DNA of 61,979 nt, filler included, from Choristocarpus tenellus KU-1152 (GCA_964200185.2; 9 parts of 9 records of this genome joined end to end with filler, not necessarily neighbours in it), one strand, 5' to 3'. Positions 1 through 12,686 are shown, counted from the first letter of the whole stretch. Notes: a model not told the origin generated them from the sequence alone. Translations and numbers: made by a program.

Positions 1-63
1 GGTTGTATGGCCGAAACGGACGCCCCCTCACAACCCCCCCCCCCCCCCAAGATACTTTCACCC
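1..63. mobile_element. Terminal fragment of a MITE related to families A/B (contig start)
   Basis: Poly-C then AAGATACTTTCACCC, the reverse complement of GGGTGAAAGTATCTT, matching the shared TIR core. Confidence 0.6.
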
Positions 64-179
64 TTTGGACTGTGTCACCCTCCAATAATATCATATCTGT
101 GTGTCTAATTTTGTCTGCACTTCAATCTGCGTTCAACAGTGATATCGTTGTGATCAATCCAAACAATGTTAAATGATAC

Positions 180-240
180 AGTTTTCATTTGTTTCCCCCT
201 TCCTTGACACATCTGCAAAATGTCAGACGGTGTAATAATA
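180..240 (+). repeat. ~65-bp hairpin/(TAA)n dispersed micro-element, diverged copy
   Basis: TGACACATCTGCAAAATGTCAG...TAATAATA; matches copies at 6724, 12353 and 45791. Confidence 0.75.
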
Positions 241-1205
241 TATCAAAATATGTAGGGGAATGTAAAGACCGAGACATGCAACTGCGACAACAACTACTTA
301 CTATATTATTAACTTTATGCTATATACTATGTTCTAGTATTGCTCTCAGTTCAAAGACCAAGAGCAAAGTAAGATGAGTAGGATATTATTGGTAATACTT
401 ACTGTACTTACCATCTTTGATTATATATTAAAATATATTCTATTTGAAGCACAAAACAGCGATAATACGAGAACCCACCACAGTTCTCCTTCATCTAATC
501 TCCATTGAACTCAAAATTATTGTAGTTGTATCTATATCTCCATCTTATCTCTTCTACATAATAAATTAACATTGTTTACTTTGGTTCTTGTTCAGGTCAA
601 GAAACAACAAATTATACCCTAACCCTTCAAAAGTTTGATGTCCCAGTAATCCCGTATTCATGTCGTAATATCATATTGGGCTTGAACATAATGTCATTAT
701 TTTGTTGCACATTAATTCACAATCCATCCATCACTGCACTTTTCCACTTTTCACTACTTTATGTTCCAGGTTCTCTAAACACACCGCAGTTCAGACCAGT
801 AACCAAGGTTTCAAACGAGAGATTTCAAGTGGCAAATCCATCAACACGTCAAACAAAACAGGTAAAAGTTTAAGTGATTCTTCTCCCCACAGGTGTCTTG
901 TACGTAAAGATTGCGGGTAATCAAATAGTCGAATAGTGTCAGTCCAACCAACGCTGAGACAATTTTCTCCCCACAATAACATCCTTTTCCTCAACGTCTG
1001 ACAAAGGGTTCATTATACACAACCTCAGGACACCACTACATCCCTACAAATTCCAGGGTTAACATTATTGGGCGTATTACTGTTGTAGCTTGTTGATTGA
1101 CATAGGATTGACATATTTCGTTGGCTCCATTTTGCGTCCAAGTGAGGAATCGTTGCTGGGCGAAGCAACTTTTGTCGATCAACAGGGGAGTTGAGGCACT
1201 CCTTG

Positions 1206-2935
1206 ATGATGAGCCCCACAGGGCCTACCACGGGGAGGCGTGTGGCAAACTTCCTGTCCGCTGGGACGGTCCGGGATGGTGTCCAAAACATAGTCCAGAG
1301 GTCGAGGTTTATGGCTTCTGGCACCCCACTTCCTCAAGTGACTCAGTGCACAATATGCCGTTTTAGATCGAGGTCATTTACGTCGTCCCGTGCTGAGGGT
1401 TCAATTCCTCTGTCGGCCGCGAGACTGCGTGGTGGCCAAAAGCGTAGTGGGGCAGGTGATGGAAGGGCGAATTGGCTTCCTCCAGCTGTAGTAGCAGCGG
1501 CGACTGCTGCGGGAACATCAGAGTTATGGGGTGACGATGGACATGCACTCTCTCAAGCTCAGTGCGGTGTGGTCAGAGTGTCGGGCCCTGGTGGCCTGTT
1601 TGAGGGGGCGGTAGGAACATCCATGGGTAGGTTACCAAACCCTGCTACAATCACTGACGTATACAACTTCGACGCTGCTGTAGAACCTGTGGGTAGAGGG
1701 CATCGGAGCACTGTGTCTATCGCCACGCATCGACTCACGGGAAAGGCTGTGGCGGTGAAGCAGATCTCACGGAAAGTTTCCAACAAGAGTGAGGTATGAA
1801 GTTCATGGTGTACCCAAGTTGGGGGGTGTTGAAAGTATCTGAGTTTTTTGCAGTTGATGTGGGCTTATGAACCCGTTAATAACCGTTGCGCATAAAGCAC
1901 CCATCGCTTCATTTTCCTTTTAGCCTTTCATCATCGGTGCTACTACTTCCACACCCTGCAACTACCGCCTAGTGCCATCCTCATCTTCTCCATCCCCATC
2001 TTAATCTACATCTGTACAGCGTTTCCCTTCCCAAATCTGGATTGACCCAGGTGATGTCGGAAGTGCGGATGCTCAAGTTGGCTGGGGTGCACCCCAATGT
2101 GGTTTCCCTTCAAGACTTTTTTGAAGACAAGGAGGCATTCTACATAGTGATGGACCTTGTCAAGGGGGGCGAGCTGTACGACCGACTGGCAGACAAGGTG
2201 ATTTTTTTTCTGCTATTTGCCTAATCCATTATGGTGCTCTCAATTGCTCCACAGTTGCTCAACAATTACCATCATGGTCCAAATTTTGCCTGTTTTCATG
2301 GTCATGTCTGAGATATATGTGTATATATTTGACTTGGTGTTATCTTCTTTCAGACCAGAAAGTCAGGCATTGGATAGTGATGTACTTTGTTCAAGGCAAA
2401 GGCTGTGCTGGTGCAAATTCTTTATTAATAGAGTGAGAACTGCTTGTCTGTTTTGCCTAGTTGCTCTTAATTTGATAACTTTACATTTCCATTTGCACAG
2501 AATTTATTTGTAGGGTGCACTAGTTTTAGTCTTTCGTATCAATAGTCTCTCATCCTTTCAGGTGTCCTTCAAGCATTTTTTTCTGTCTCCCTTATGTACA
2601 TCATATCTTATTGGTGTGTTTCATTTAAGTACCCTGGTGGGAAATCAAATCTCAACCTCCGTTTTTGTTCTGTATTTCCTGTACTCTTAGTTATTTTTAC
2701 TATTGTTGCCTGTGGGCTACAATATCTGTTCTCTTGTAGCTTTTTTTATCTCCCCCATGTAATAGGCCATATTTCCCCTATTTTTTCTCTGTGCCATGTC
2801 CTTTAATTTTCGGATAGGGTCGTTATTCCGAAGGTCAAGCAGCGCGTATCATGGCGGAGGTGATGGAGGCAGTGTCTTTCCTCCATGCTACAGGCATTAT
2901 TCACTTTGATCTTAAGCCAGAGAACATCATGCTGG
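1206..2935 (+). CDS. CAMK-like Ser/Thr protein kinase, 5' part (exons ~1206-1793, 2051-2197, 2818-2935; rest lost at gap)
   Basis: GT-AG introns in compatible phase join GRGHRSTV...VAVKQI, EVRML...HPNVVSLQDFFED...MDLVKGGELYD and GRYSEGQAA...LHATGIIHFDLKPENIML; start codon uncertain. Confidence 0.88.
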
Positions 2936-2998
2936 GTAAGAGGCAGGTTTTTGTGGTGTGGCATGCAGCACCAGTAGTTTTTGTGTGTGTCTATGGGG

Positions 2999-3098
2999 NN
3001 NNNNNNNNNNNNNNNNNNNNNNNNNNNNNNNNNNNNNNNNNNTTAATTAATTAANNNNNNNNNNNNNNNNNNNNNNNNNNNNNNNNNNNNNNNNNNNN
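2999..3098. other. Artificial contig spacer (also 6804-6903, 12253-12352, 16988-17087, 22943-23042, 35799-35898, 54370-54469, 57959-58058)
   Basis: Identical 100-nt N-run/TTAATTAATTAA/N-run six-frame-stop linkers. Confidence 0.97.
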
Positions 3099-4194
3099 CA
3101 TTAAAGCAGCATAAAAGCCGCGGGTTCAGCGTGGGATAGTTCAACAACTGCGCCATCCAATTAGCTAGATACATCACATCAGTAGAGCTCTAGTCTCACC
3201 AACATGCAGATTCGGTTACTTCAAAGTTCACTCAAACCTAACTGTACACCTACCTCCTCCTACATTGAATGCACCTTCTCTTTTGTTTCACTTGTTAAAA
3301 TTACACCATTCAATGAGACGAAACACCTCACATCAGTAGAGCTCTAGTCTCTTTTGGATAAGGGAAAACACATCTCACTCCTCTCTGCTCGCTATATTTA
3401 GCCCTGTTGACAATCTCATGAGCTTCACAACATCTCATATTATGCAGAGGGTTGGATACACAGGTACAAGGTTGGTATCTCACTAGTTTGGGAACCAACA
3501 CACGGCTTGTGGGTGAATCAATATATATATATATATTCATCCATCCCACCACACTGATCTTGTTTGACAAATTGCCTATTTTGTATTGTGCCCATACATA
3601 GTATATAACTGAAAAAATATTTCTTGTCTTAGCTGTGACCCGATGGCAGACTTGGTCCAAACATGTTTGTATGATGGTATCCATTTTTGAAAGGCACATA
3701 TTGGCATTCTACACAGTTCGAAAATCTTCCTGGTTCTTTAATGACTTTTGTGCTATCCTTGGAATATTAAACTGCACATGGTTGATTACCGTAAATGACA
3801 ACAACAAGAATTAAAGACGCAGACAAACTTGAAGTCATGACATCACAAGTATAACATGGCTGTGTCTAACACTTCAAAGAAAATGGAAAGTATTTCTGTA
3901 TCAAGTCCGAGTTCCAGTTTAGAGTGGACTGTCTCAACAGTCTTGTGCCTCAACAATAACACTATACCTACAAAATTTCGAGAACAGAGATCACAAAAGC
4001 ACAACAGTTGGCCATATGAAGAATTTGGTGTTTATTTTGTGTTCAACCTCTTGCCTCTTTTCAATACGACCATCAGCGCTGTTGGGGACCAATAATAACC
4101 TTGGGCATGCTCCTAAGATTCGTCATCCGTGTACAACTCAATATATATATAGATATAGAACACGACCCTCACAACATTAATCAAATATGAAGCG

Positions 4195-4995
4195 ATTTCT
4201 ATCTGCACATCGCTTCAGAAATGAACAAATCTCACGAGGAGACCCATCTCCGATGCCAAAACACTGCCTACGTCACACTAGAACTAGTACATACACCCTA
4301 ATCTTAAACTTCTTTAGCCGTTACAAAATACCTACGTCGCACCACATTTCGACACTTTGAAGTCTCCTAATGTTCCTAACCTTCCCAACTTTACACAGGT
4401 GCTCAGACAGTGCCTACATCACACTAGAACCAATATTTTCACTCAATGTTGAACTTCTTTAGCCATTACAAAATTTCTATGTTGTTTCACATATAGACAC
4501 ATTTTCTGACGTTCCTAACCTTCCAACCGTACAAAATCAGTACATCGCATCAAAAATGCACAAACTTCCCAAGGAGACCCATCTTCAATGCTCAGACAAT
4601 GCCTACATCACACTCATACACTCTAATGTTGAAATTCTTTAGCCGTTACAAAATACCTACATCGCACCACATGTCGACACTTAGAAGTCTCTTAATGTCC
4701 CTAACCTTCGAACCTTACACAAAATCAGTATATAATAGCATCAGAAATACACAAATACCACTAGGAGGCACATCTCAGATGCTCAGACAATGCCTACTTT
4801 ATACTAGAACCAATATTTTCACTCAATGTTGAACTTCTTGCACCGTTACAAAATTTCTATATCGTTTCACATATAGACACATCTCCTGATGTTCCTAACC
4901 TTCCAACCGTACAAAACCAGTACATCGCATCAGAAATGCACAAACCTCCCAAGGAGACCCATCTTCAATATATACACTCTAATGTTGAATTTCTA
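4195..4995. repeat. Degenerate tandem satellite, ~190-bp monomer with ~380-bp dimeric higher-order structure
   Basis: TGCCTAC...ACT...AATGTTGAACTTCTTTAGCCGTTACAAAAT-like motifs recur near 4264, 4411, 4600 and 4791; alternate monomers are more alike. Confidence 0.85.
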
Positions 4996-6723
4996 AACCA
5001 TCTTAGCTCGTATGTAAACTGATCTCTACCCCGGCTTACAGTGATCTAATGTGTGGCCTGCACAAATGATGTACGCTCTTGCACTAGAACGGTGTATATC
5101 AATGAAATGATACGGGCGAATGCCTTCAAAGCGGGTTTCTTTGGCAATTCTTGTGGCAAATCACAACAAATGCAGGTGTCAGTCCAGTGGAAATGCATCT
5201 TCAACACTCCTGGAGATCCTGGGGACAGATATCTTCCCAAAAAAGACACCCTGGAAATCTTACCTCGTGTGTGTCAAGGCCTTGGACTCTACCGACATGT
5301 CTGACCTTTTGGTGGGGGAAAGGTTCCTCCGTACGAGGACTCTACTGCCAGGTATCATGATGTTTCTTTTATTTATTTTTACACCTTACTCGACTAGTAG
5401 TCAGTCTATTTCCTTTTGCTAGTCCCATAATTGTAAACATTTGATCACTTCATCTTACTTCCAAACATATACAGACCAAATCGTTTCGCTATTTAGCCTT
5501 GTATGGATGTTTCATCTTGCCAATACCATACGCCGAACATAAATAGAACGATTTTCTTATATCTTTCTCGTTGCAATTGCAAATGAATCAGCCTGCACTA
5601 TACATTCTTGGGAGTAATGATATTGTGATGTGGATTTCAACTTGTTACTGAAATAGTACATGGTACAAAAAATAACCAAACCTACTTCACCATCAACAAA
5701 TTCTAGACCACACTAAATCCTCAGACCGTGCACTTAATGCCACTTGTATGCCTTGCCATCATCATCTCCTCAGATCAAGTGACTAAAATGCAGAGTGATG
5801 AGGTGCCATACAAACTACATATACAGAGGCCACATCCGCGCAAACCTGCGGATGTGCATACGTTTGACAGAAAAGGAAATAATTGTTGAATGACACGACA
5901 AAATTTTGGTCTTCCGTACCTCATTGAGGTCTGGGCGTCAGGGTGGAGGAGGATTACATGCGCTTTTCTCTTTTCTGGAATACTCTTTGTTTTTTCTCAT
6001 TTTCTTGCAAGATCCACAATATACTGTGTACGTGTACAGAAGCAATAATTTTCCACATGATATTTCCTTTCTCCACGCATAATGTACGTGTGGTTGCCTT
6101 CTCCCCTTAGTAATTATTGTTTTTCCTGGATAACAATCCCTGCGACATACATGTATGTCAACAGGCATAATAATAGGTACTAAGTACGCTTAAGATAGGT
6201 GCACTCCAGGACGGTGCTGTTGCGCTACGCTCACGGCCACCTAACTGCAGACAGCATGCCCATTGTAGTGATATTCGTATACTACCTGGGCGGTAGGGTA
6301 TGGTAGAGTGAGCAGGACCCACAGTCACCACGGTAGGGTTGGGGAACTCTTATGAATATGCACCGTTTTCGATGTTATTTCACTGTCAAGATCACGAATC
6401 ACCCCAATCACCCTAAACACAATGGTCAAAAACCAAATGAGAAGTAGGCAGGGTCGCATTTTAGGGATACCTACAAAGTGCAAAAACACACCATTCTGTG
6501 TACAACTACGAAGAGGCTTTGTTGATTTGTGGTGTCACTTGGTGTGTGTTAATTTTTGCGTGCATTATTGTGCATAGAAGGCAATGAAACAGAGTGTATT
6601 GCACAGGGTAAGAAAGATGACTTGGAATGCGAAAGGGTCCAAACCTGCATACCTCTCAATTGATTCGGTTCACAATATATTATGTCATTATAATGTCATT
6701 ACTATAGGTACACTACAACTATA

Positions 6724-6785
6724 TTTTATTATTATGCCCTCTGACATTTTGCATATGTGTCAGGGGGGAAACCAATGGAAACTAT
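6724..6785 (-). repeat. ~65-bp hairpin/(TAA)n dispersed micro-element
   Basis: TTTTATTATTATGCCCTCTGACATTTTGCATATGTGTCAGGGGGGAAACCAATGGAAACTA on the + strand. Confidence 0.8.
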
Positions 6786-6926
6786 ATATATGTCGTTATT
6801 AGCNNNNNNNNNNNNNNNNNNNNNNNNNNNNNNNNNNNNNNNNNNNNTTAATTAATTAANNNNNNNNNNNNNNNNNNNNNNNNNNNNNNNNNNNNNNNNN
6901 NNNGACTGGGGGTCCGACGTCCGCCC

Positions 6927-6964
<38 letters not shown>

Positions 6965-7167
6965 ACTTGCGTAAGTACAGTACACTCTCCACTCCGCCCC
7001 AACCATGCCCGCACTCCCCCCATGTGCCCCTTTTTTGCAACCAACTCATCGCTCTCCCGTCCCTTCACCACAAACGGCCGCCCCCGCGTCCGGCTGTCAA
7101 ACGGCAAGAGATCTCCAGCCCAGCCATCCCAACAACAAACGGTTCGCGTGCACTTTACACACGCTTC

Positions 7168-7280
7168 AGCAAGCAAGCAAGCAAGCATGCAAGCAAGCAA
7201 GCAAGCATGCAAGCAAGCAAGCAAGCAAGCATGCAAGCAAGCAAGCAAGCAAGCATGCAAGCATGCAAGCATGCAAGCAT

Positions 7281-7323
<43 letters not shown>
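7168..7323. repeat. (AAGC/ATGC)n microsatellite
   Basis: Direct reading; source of the spurious LACL/ASKQ ORFs. Confidence 0.95.
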
Positions 7324-7324
<1 letters not shown>

Positions 7325-7388
7325 AAAATAAATAAATAAGATTCGAGTATAAAAATAAATAATGTTCACGCAGAAGCTGCTGCTACTG

Positions 7389-10300
7389 CTACCACTTGTT
7401 CATGTTCTCCCGAAACAGCACGATCGAGTCCTTCGCTTCCGGCGCAGGGTTCCAGGCCAAGACTGCCATGTTCTGGTCCAGGAAAAATTCATACAGGTCC
7501 CTTCCCCAATCCACACCCCCTTCCTCACCCTCCCCTCCCCCTCCCCCTCCCCCCACTCCAGCGGGAACGCCCAGCGCAACACCGTTCACTTCCAACCTGT
7601 CACCCTTCCAACGAAGGCGGTTGTTACCCATGGCGAGAAACTCCCCCCTAAACGTTATCACCCCATTCCCAACGTCATCAGCCAATCCAGCATCAGCATG
7701 GGCGTAACCCGCTGCGATCGCAAACCTCGGCATACTGTTCCCTTCCTTCGATAGACAGTGGAGGGTGAGCGGCCGAGGCCTAACAGGCATTGCAGGATCA
7801 AGTCCGATCCCTTCTAACCCTGCCCCAAGGCCTGTCCCGCCCAGGGCATCCACTAAAGACCCGAGGGTGCAGGGTTTGCCATCAAGTGTCCCCCATTCAT
7901 CCTCAATGCTTGCGTCGGGGTCCGGGGCCGGGGGAGCACAGGGGATCCCAGGAATAAGGGTGGATACACCTTTCCAGTAGCCTGGCAGGCGAATGTGTGT
8001 ATGCGCGCGCGGACATGCGTGTGTGTTAGTCGTTTTAAAATGTGAGGATTGGGGGGTGGGGGAGGCGAGGAAGTACGAGGGTGTGGGGTGTGTGAAAGTC
8101 CCATTATCCACATACTACTACGTAGTAACATAGACGTCAAAAATAATCGGAGACATGCTTCGAAATACTTTCAAGCATGAAAAGCACTTGCCAAAAGAAG
8201 TCTGTTCTTGTCTTGCGCTGTTGTTCCCCCCCCCAAAAAAATAAACCTCTTGGTGGGTGAAAAGCAAGCAAGTAAGACCATCCTTGCTCACCGACATCAA
8301 CCCCCACCCCCCCCTCCTCCTCTCGGCCTAGTCTTGTTGTCACATTACCTGGGGGTAGATGTGCTACCCGGTGCTCTAGAAGAGATGTACAGGGGCGACA
8401 GGCCTGATTTCCCTCCTCTTCCTACCTGCCAGATGTCTCATCTCCTAATATATACACTTGAAATGATCTTAGTCCCCCAGATTTTTTCGAAACTGGGGAA
8501 ACAATCCCCCCCTGGTTTCTGTAGTACCAATACTGGACGAAGTTGAAAGGGTGAGCGCCACAACCGGTGCAAAAAAACAACTAATAAAATCCTAATGTGA
8601 AAATCCCGAGTGCTTGATCTTCTACAAGCTCCCACTTACTGACTTGAGCGGTACTCTCATTATGTGCAACGCAACACATTTCACTATATCATTTGTTCCT
8701 CTGTGAGACTGGTTGGAATGCTGGTTTACCTCCTCCCAAACGCCTTACAAAGACAAGAGTCCAACCAAGAACAGACCCATTCACGTTATTGGGGATATTT
8801 CCAACCTGTAATCGACACAGGGATTGCCGGGGAGGATACCTGAGTGAATATTACTCCTGAGTTTAGAACTCCTGTTACGTGAGATTCACACATACACGTA
8901 CCCACTTCACTGGAAACCCTTACACCATCCCCTCCCATCCTTCTCTCACCCTGAAGGAGGGCGTTGTAGTGCCCCACACCTCCATCCTTGGAGCTTGTAC
9001 CTGCCCCTCTAGAGGGGTTCAGCAGACAAAGCTCCTCCAAAACAGCATCGATTGCAGGAGAAACCACACCTGAATTTTCCTTGAGGGATGAGAGCAGAAG
9101 CGATTTCCTAGCTCGCAGCTCCTACAACAATGATGACGACACATATGAGTAGCAAAACGCGAAAATGAGAAAATGATAAGAAGTATACTCTCATCCTTGC
9201 AGCGATTGATTCTCAAATAATTTCCTGATACGGAACAAGTATCGGTTTATTTTTTATTCTTTGAGGTGGTGTCCTCATCCCTCTTACTGAGCGGCACCGC
9301 ATACGCTCTTGTGCAACTTGACTTGTACTCTCAAAATTTAATACTCATCTGGGAGGAAGTAGAATCAACGAAAAAAATATATGGCTTGAATGTTGGCTTA
9401 TTTTCATTTTCATTGAAGAAGGGTAAGGTAAGGAAGTCTCAATCGCGACACCTCGGTGCTTCACCTATTGATCTTATTACAGCAGGGTTCATGCAGTGTG
9501 GCAACTTCGATATCCCAGTCCACAACTAGTGCTATGTCAAACCCAAAGTTTAGAGAATGTCACATCAGCGCTTGGGGCAGAATAAGGAGCACGACACAGC
9601 CACTTTCGCTCTACCAAGCGAGAACGCAAAACGTGTTTTGCTCTCCTGGTGGACTCGAAACATAAACCGGACTTAAGTGTAGTGTACCTTAACGCTGAGT
9701 CAAGGTTGCTTTTGTGAGGTTTTGAGTTGGGCTATCATGAGGTGAGAAGATCTGGGATGGGTTACCCAGAGTCTTAACAGTGCAAGGGTTGAATAGAAAA
9801 GTACAGGGCATAAAAGCAAGCCCCATATGTCACTCCGGGATGCCAATGTGCACAGAAAACGTCTTGTTCAATCCTTTCCCTTTATTCCTCTCCTAACACT
9901 CAATATCAAGTCAGTACCATGAGAACCATCAGTCTTGCCTTCCCGTATCCTCTCCTTTCCCTTGTGGCATACGTTACTTCCCTCCATTGCCTGCCCGCCT
10001 CTCATCTTACTCTTAGGTTAACTACATCCAAGCAAAATGTTCAAACGCGCGGGAAATCAAAAGATGAAGGAGCCCTCACCTGGACGTACTCCATGACCAG
10101 TTTGGGATCCGTCCCAAGTTTCATTTCGATCTCTTTCCGCATCTCCAACAAGTTCGGACGCGGAGTTCCACCTTCCACAGACAAGGAGTCCCCGTCAACC
10201 TCTGCAGCTGCCATGCTCGTAGTACCTACTCTCCGAAGCCCATCTTCGAAGGATTCCTTACCATACTGCTGCCCGCGAGTAATCCTGAAGACATCAACTA

Positions 10301-10436
10301 CTCCATCTCGAGAGCAGCATTGCCCAACCCACTGTGGCGGAAGATCAGTCCGCCATGAGAGAGTACGAGCAACCCCCACAAAAGCATATGACGGCAGAGA
10401 GAAGGAGACGACCAAGATCAAAAGTCGACAAATCAT
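7389..10436 (-). CDS. Multi-exon gene for a predicted plastid-targeted protein of unknown function (first exon 10436-10080; candidate internal exons ~9069-8950 and ~8403-8349; last exon 7981-7389)
   Basis: N-terminus MICRLLILVVSFSLPSYA-FVGV (signal peptide + A-F motif); CAG|GTGAG donor; GC-rich ~197-codon terminal exon after a CAG acceptor; internal exon phases not fully resolved, so linkage of all exons is inferred. Confidence 0.6.
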
Positions 10437-10735
10437 TGTCCCCCCTAGGAAACTAACTTCACCTCGACCATGTACTACTCTAAACCATCACTATTACACT
10501 AGTGTTTGTATGTATACATGTGCTGTATTATTATAGTAAAGTTGTATTATAGGACTTGTTCGATACATTTTAAACCAACGGACAACGGACGGTTGGATGG
10601 ATGCTCAATCAAGTTCTTCAACTTTATGTAAAAAACAAACTCACCAATGTACTCGATCCTTTCCGTAGCGACCTAGCAGGTCGGTGGTGGGCCCAAGGTG
10701 CAGTGTGCTTCAAACACACGTAGGGGCAAGAGGCG

Positions 10736-10856
10736 ATGGTTACCTTGAATGGTATGAGCGAGGTCGTCTTGAACACCCTCCTGATGTTCTTGTCCTCAGC
10801 TGGCGTGTTGGAGTGTATGGGAGTTTGTAGGTCACTGAGCGAGGCGGCCCGGAATG
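10736..10856 (+). CDS. First exon of a probable F-box protein (candidate next exon ~11224-11291)
   Basis: MVTLNGMSEVVLNTLLMFLSSAGVLECMGVCRSLSEAARN followed by G|GTAAGT; resembles the F-box pattern LxxLPxEILxxILxFL...VCR. Confidence 0.5.
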
Positions 10857-12352
10857 GTAAGTCCGCTTATGCAAGGTCAACCCCTTAGTTGTGCAAGTTC
10901 CCTTGATCATGTAGCATCCACGCCCTTAGCTTGGAAATAGTGGATATAACTTTGCTGTTTTTGTTGTATTCAAGAGTCTAAGTATATGGCACTTTGCTTT
11001 GCGGGTAGTTCTGTAAATTCACAACGTACTAACTTATATCCAACCACCATATCTTCTCAATAACCTTTTCTCGGACGTATGATATCCCCATTCAAGATCT
11101 GCAGTACAAGCCCGTCTGACCATCGGTATTTGTATGACTTATTTGTATATAGTATTGAAGTTGACTTGCTCTATATGGAAATGTGGCATTGCTTTTTTTA
11201 ATACTGGTTTACGCCTTCTTCAGATATCACATCGTGGCACATACCCTCTTACTACAGTCACAAGGCCAATACCAATACTGCTATAGGGACGGTTTCCCTC
11301 TTTTACAATAGCCATTGGTATCTTTTGTATTCAGCAGTCAGGGCTAAGTTCAATTTTCCTCACAATGTTTCTAATCCTCCAGAACATCCTCTTCTTTGGT
11401 CCTTGTCGCTGTGCTGCCTAGATGAGTCTTCTACCGCTGTCTTGCTGTTATTCAGATTCAATACTGATAGCACTTGCGTGCCACTGTGTTTAAGTCTTCC
11501 AGTTGAATATCAAAGTGTTGGACCATCGTAGGTTGTGAAACCTTCGTCTCTACAGAGCGTTACTCATGCAACTCTATGTCATATTAGAAGTGCAGTAGTT
11601 GGAGTAGGGACACATGTGCACCAGCAAATGTAAGCATGTCAGATGGTAAATGCGAGTGTGCGTGCGTGTGTGTGGTTTGCAGTCAATTCGAAGGTGCGTA
11701 TCATGTTTTCATACATAATGCTCCGTGCATATATGTTCTGCATTACTATATCTCAACTTTGTCACACCATCACTTCTTGACTCCACTCTCAAATCATTTT
11801 CAAGCAGAGATAGCAGTACATTCCAGGGGCCAAAGAGCTCACGCCCATACCATTATCGGCCATGTTACCCACACAATGTTACCATATCATCCAAGAGTTG
11901 CTGCAAAAAACTGGAAGCCTCTTCCTAATCCTCCCCTCCACCCACCCACCCACCCACCCACCCACCCCCAAATCGCCCTCCTCCTCCTCTGCAACTAATA
12001 ACTCCAGAGCGGGTATGGCGTGATCGTTGTGCACTAGACTGGGGAGTGCATCGAAAACAGCCTCCTGATGGGGTGACAACCCCCTCGACATTTCTTGTGA
12101 CATGGAGGGAGTGGAGGACCTACTTTCATGGCTACGAAGGTGATGAGAAAATCAGATCATGGGATTGTTGCTGTGCTCTGTATCCTGGGTCACTGCATGC
12201 CCTGTCCCACAGCCCGTATCAGCAACAGTGCTATCACCCCCCCCCCCCCCCCNNNNNNNNNNNNNNNNNNNNNNNNNNNNNNNNNNNNNNNNNNNNTTAA
12301 TTAATTAANNNNNNNNNNNNNNNNNNNNNNNNNNNNNNNNNNNNNNNNNNNN

Positions 12353-12394
12353 CTGACACATCTGCAAAATGTCAGAGGGCATAATAATAAAATC
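12353..12394 (+). repeat. Hairpin/(TAA)n micro-element, truncated at contig start
   Basis: CTGACACATCTGCAAAATGTCAGAGGGCATAATAATAAAATCC. Confidence 0.8.
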
Positions 12395-12686
12395 CTTGAT
12401 GTAACATCTTGTCACTTTGACGATCCACACGCTTATTAGATCCTCCCCACTTCGTATTCTTCCAATTGTCCAACCTAAACCTCGTCTTCTCGATTACGGT
12501 TTGTCTTAGTCCGTCTGTCCATCTTGCGTTGTGATTATCTTCACCACCCTTGCCTGGGTAAACCACGTCCCCACAGAATGAAACGATTAACAGGAGGTTC
12601 TAAGGTCTTGACTTTTTGAAATGATTTAATAGCTTATCTACGGAAGAACTATCCTTGCCTGCAGTCAGAGGCACTAGAGATCTAGA

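Noticed and set aside
6180-6360. GC-richer patch possibly a tRNA, SINE or ncRNA
   Set aside because: No cloverleaf or A/B boxes found and no second copy in the window.
6852-7369. Several 65-154 aa ORFs (LACL/ASKQ repeats, poly-Gly)
   Set aside because: Translations of the (AAGC)n microsatellite and a poly-C run.
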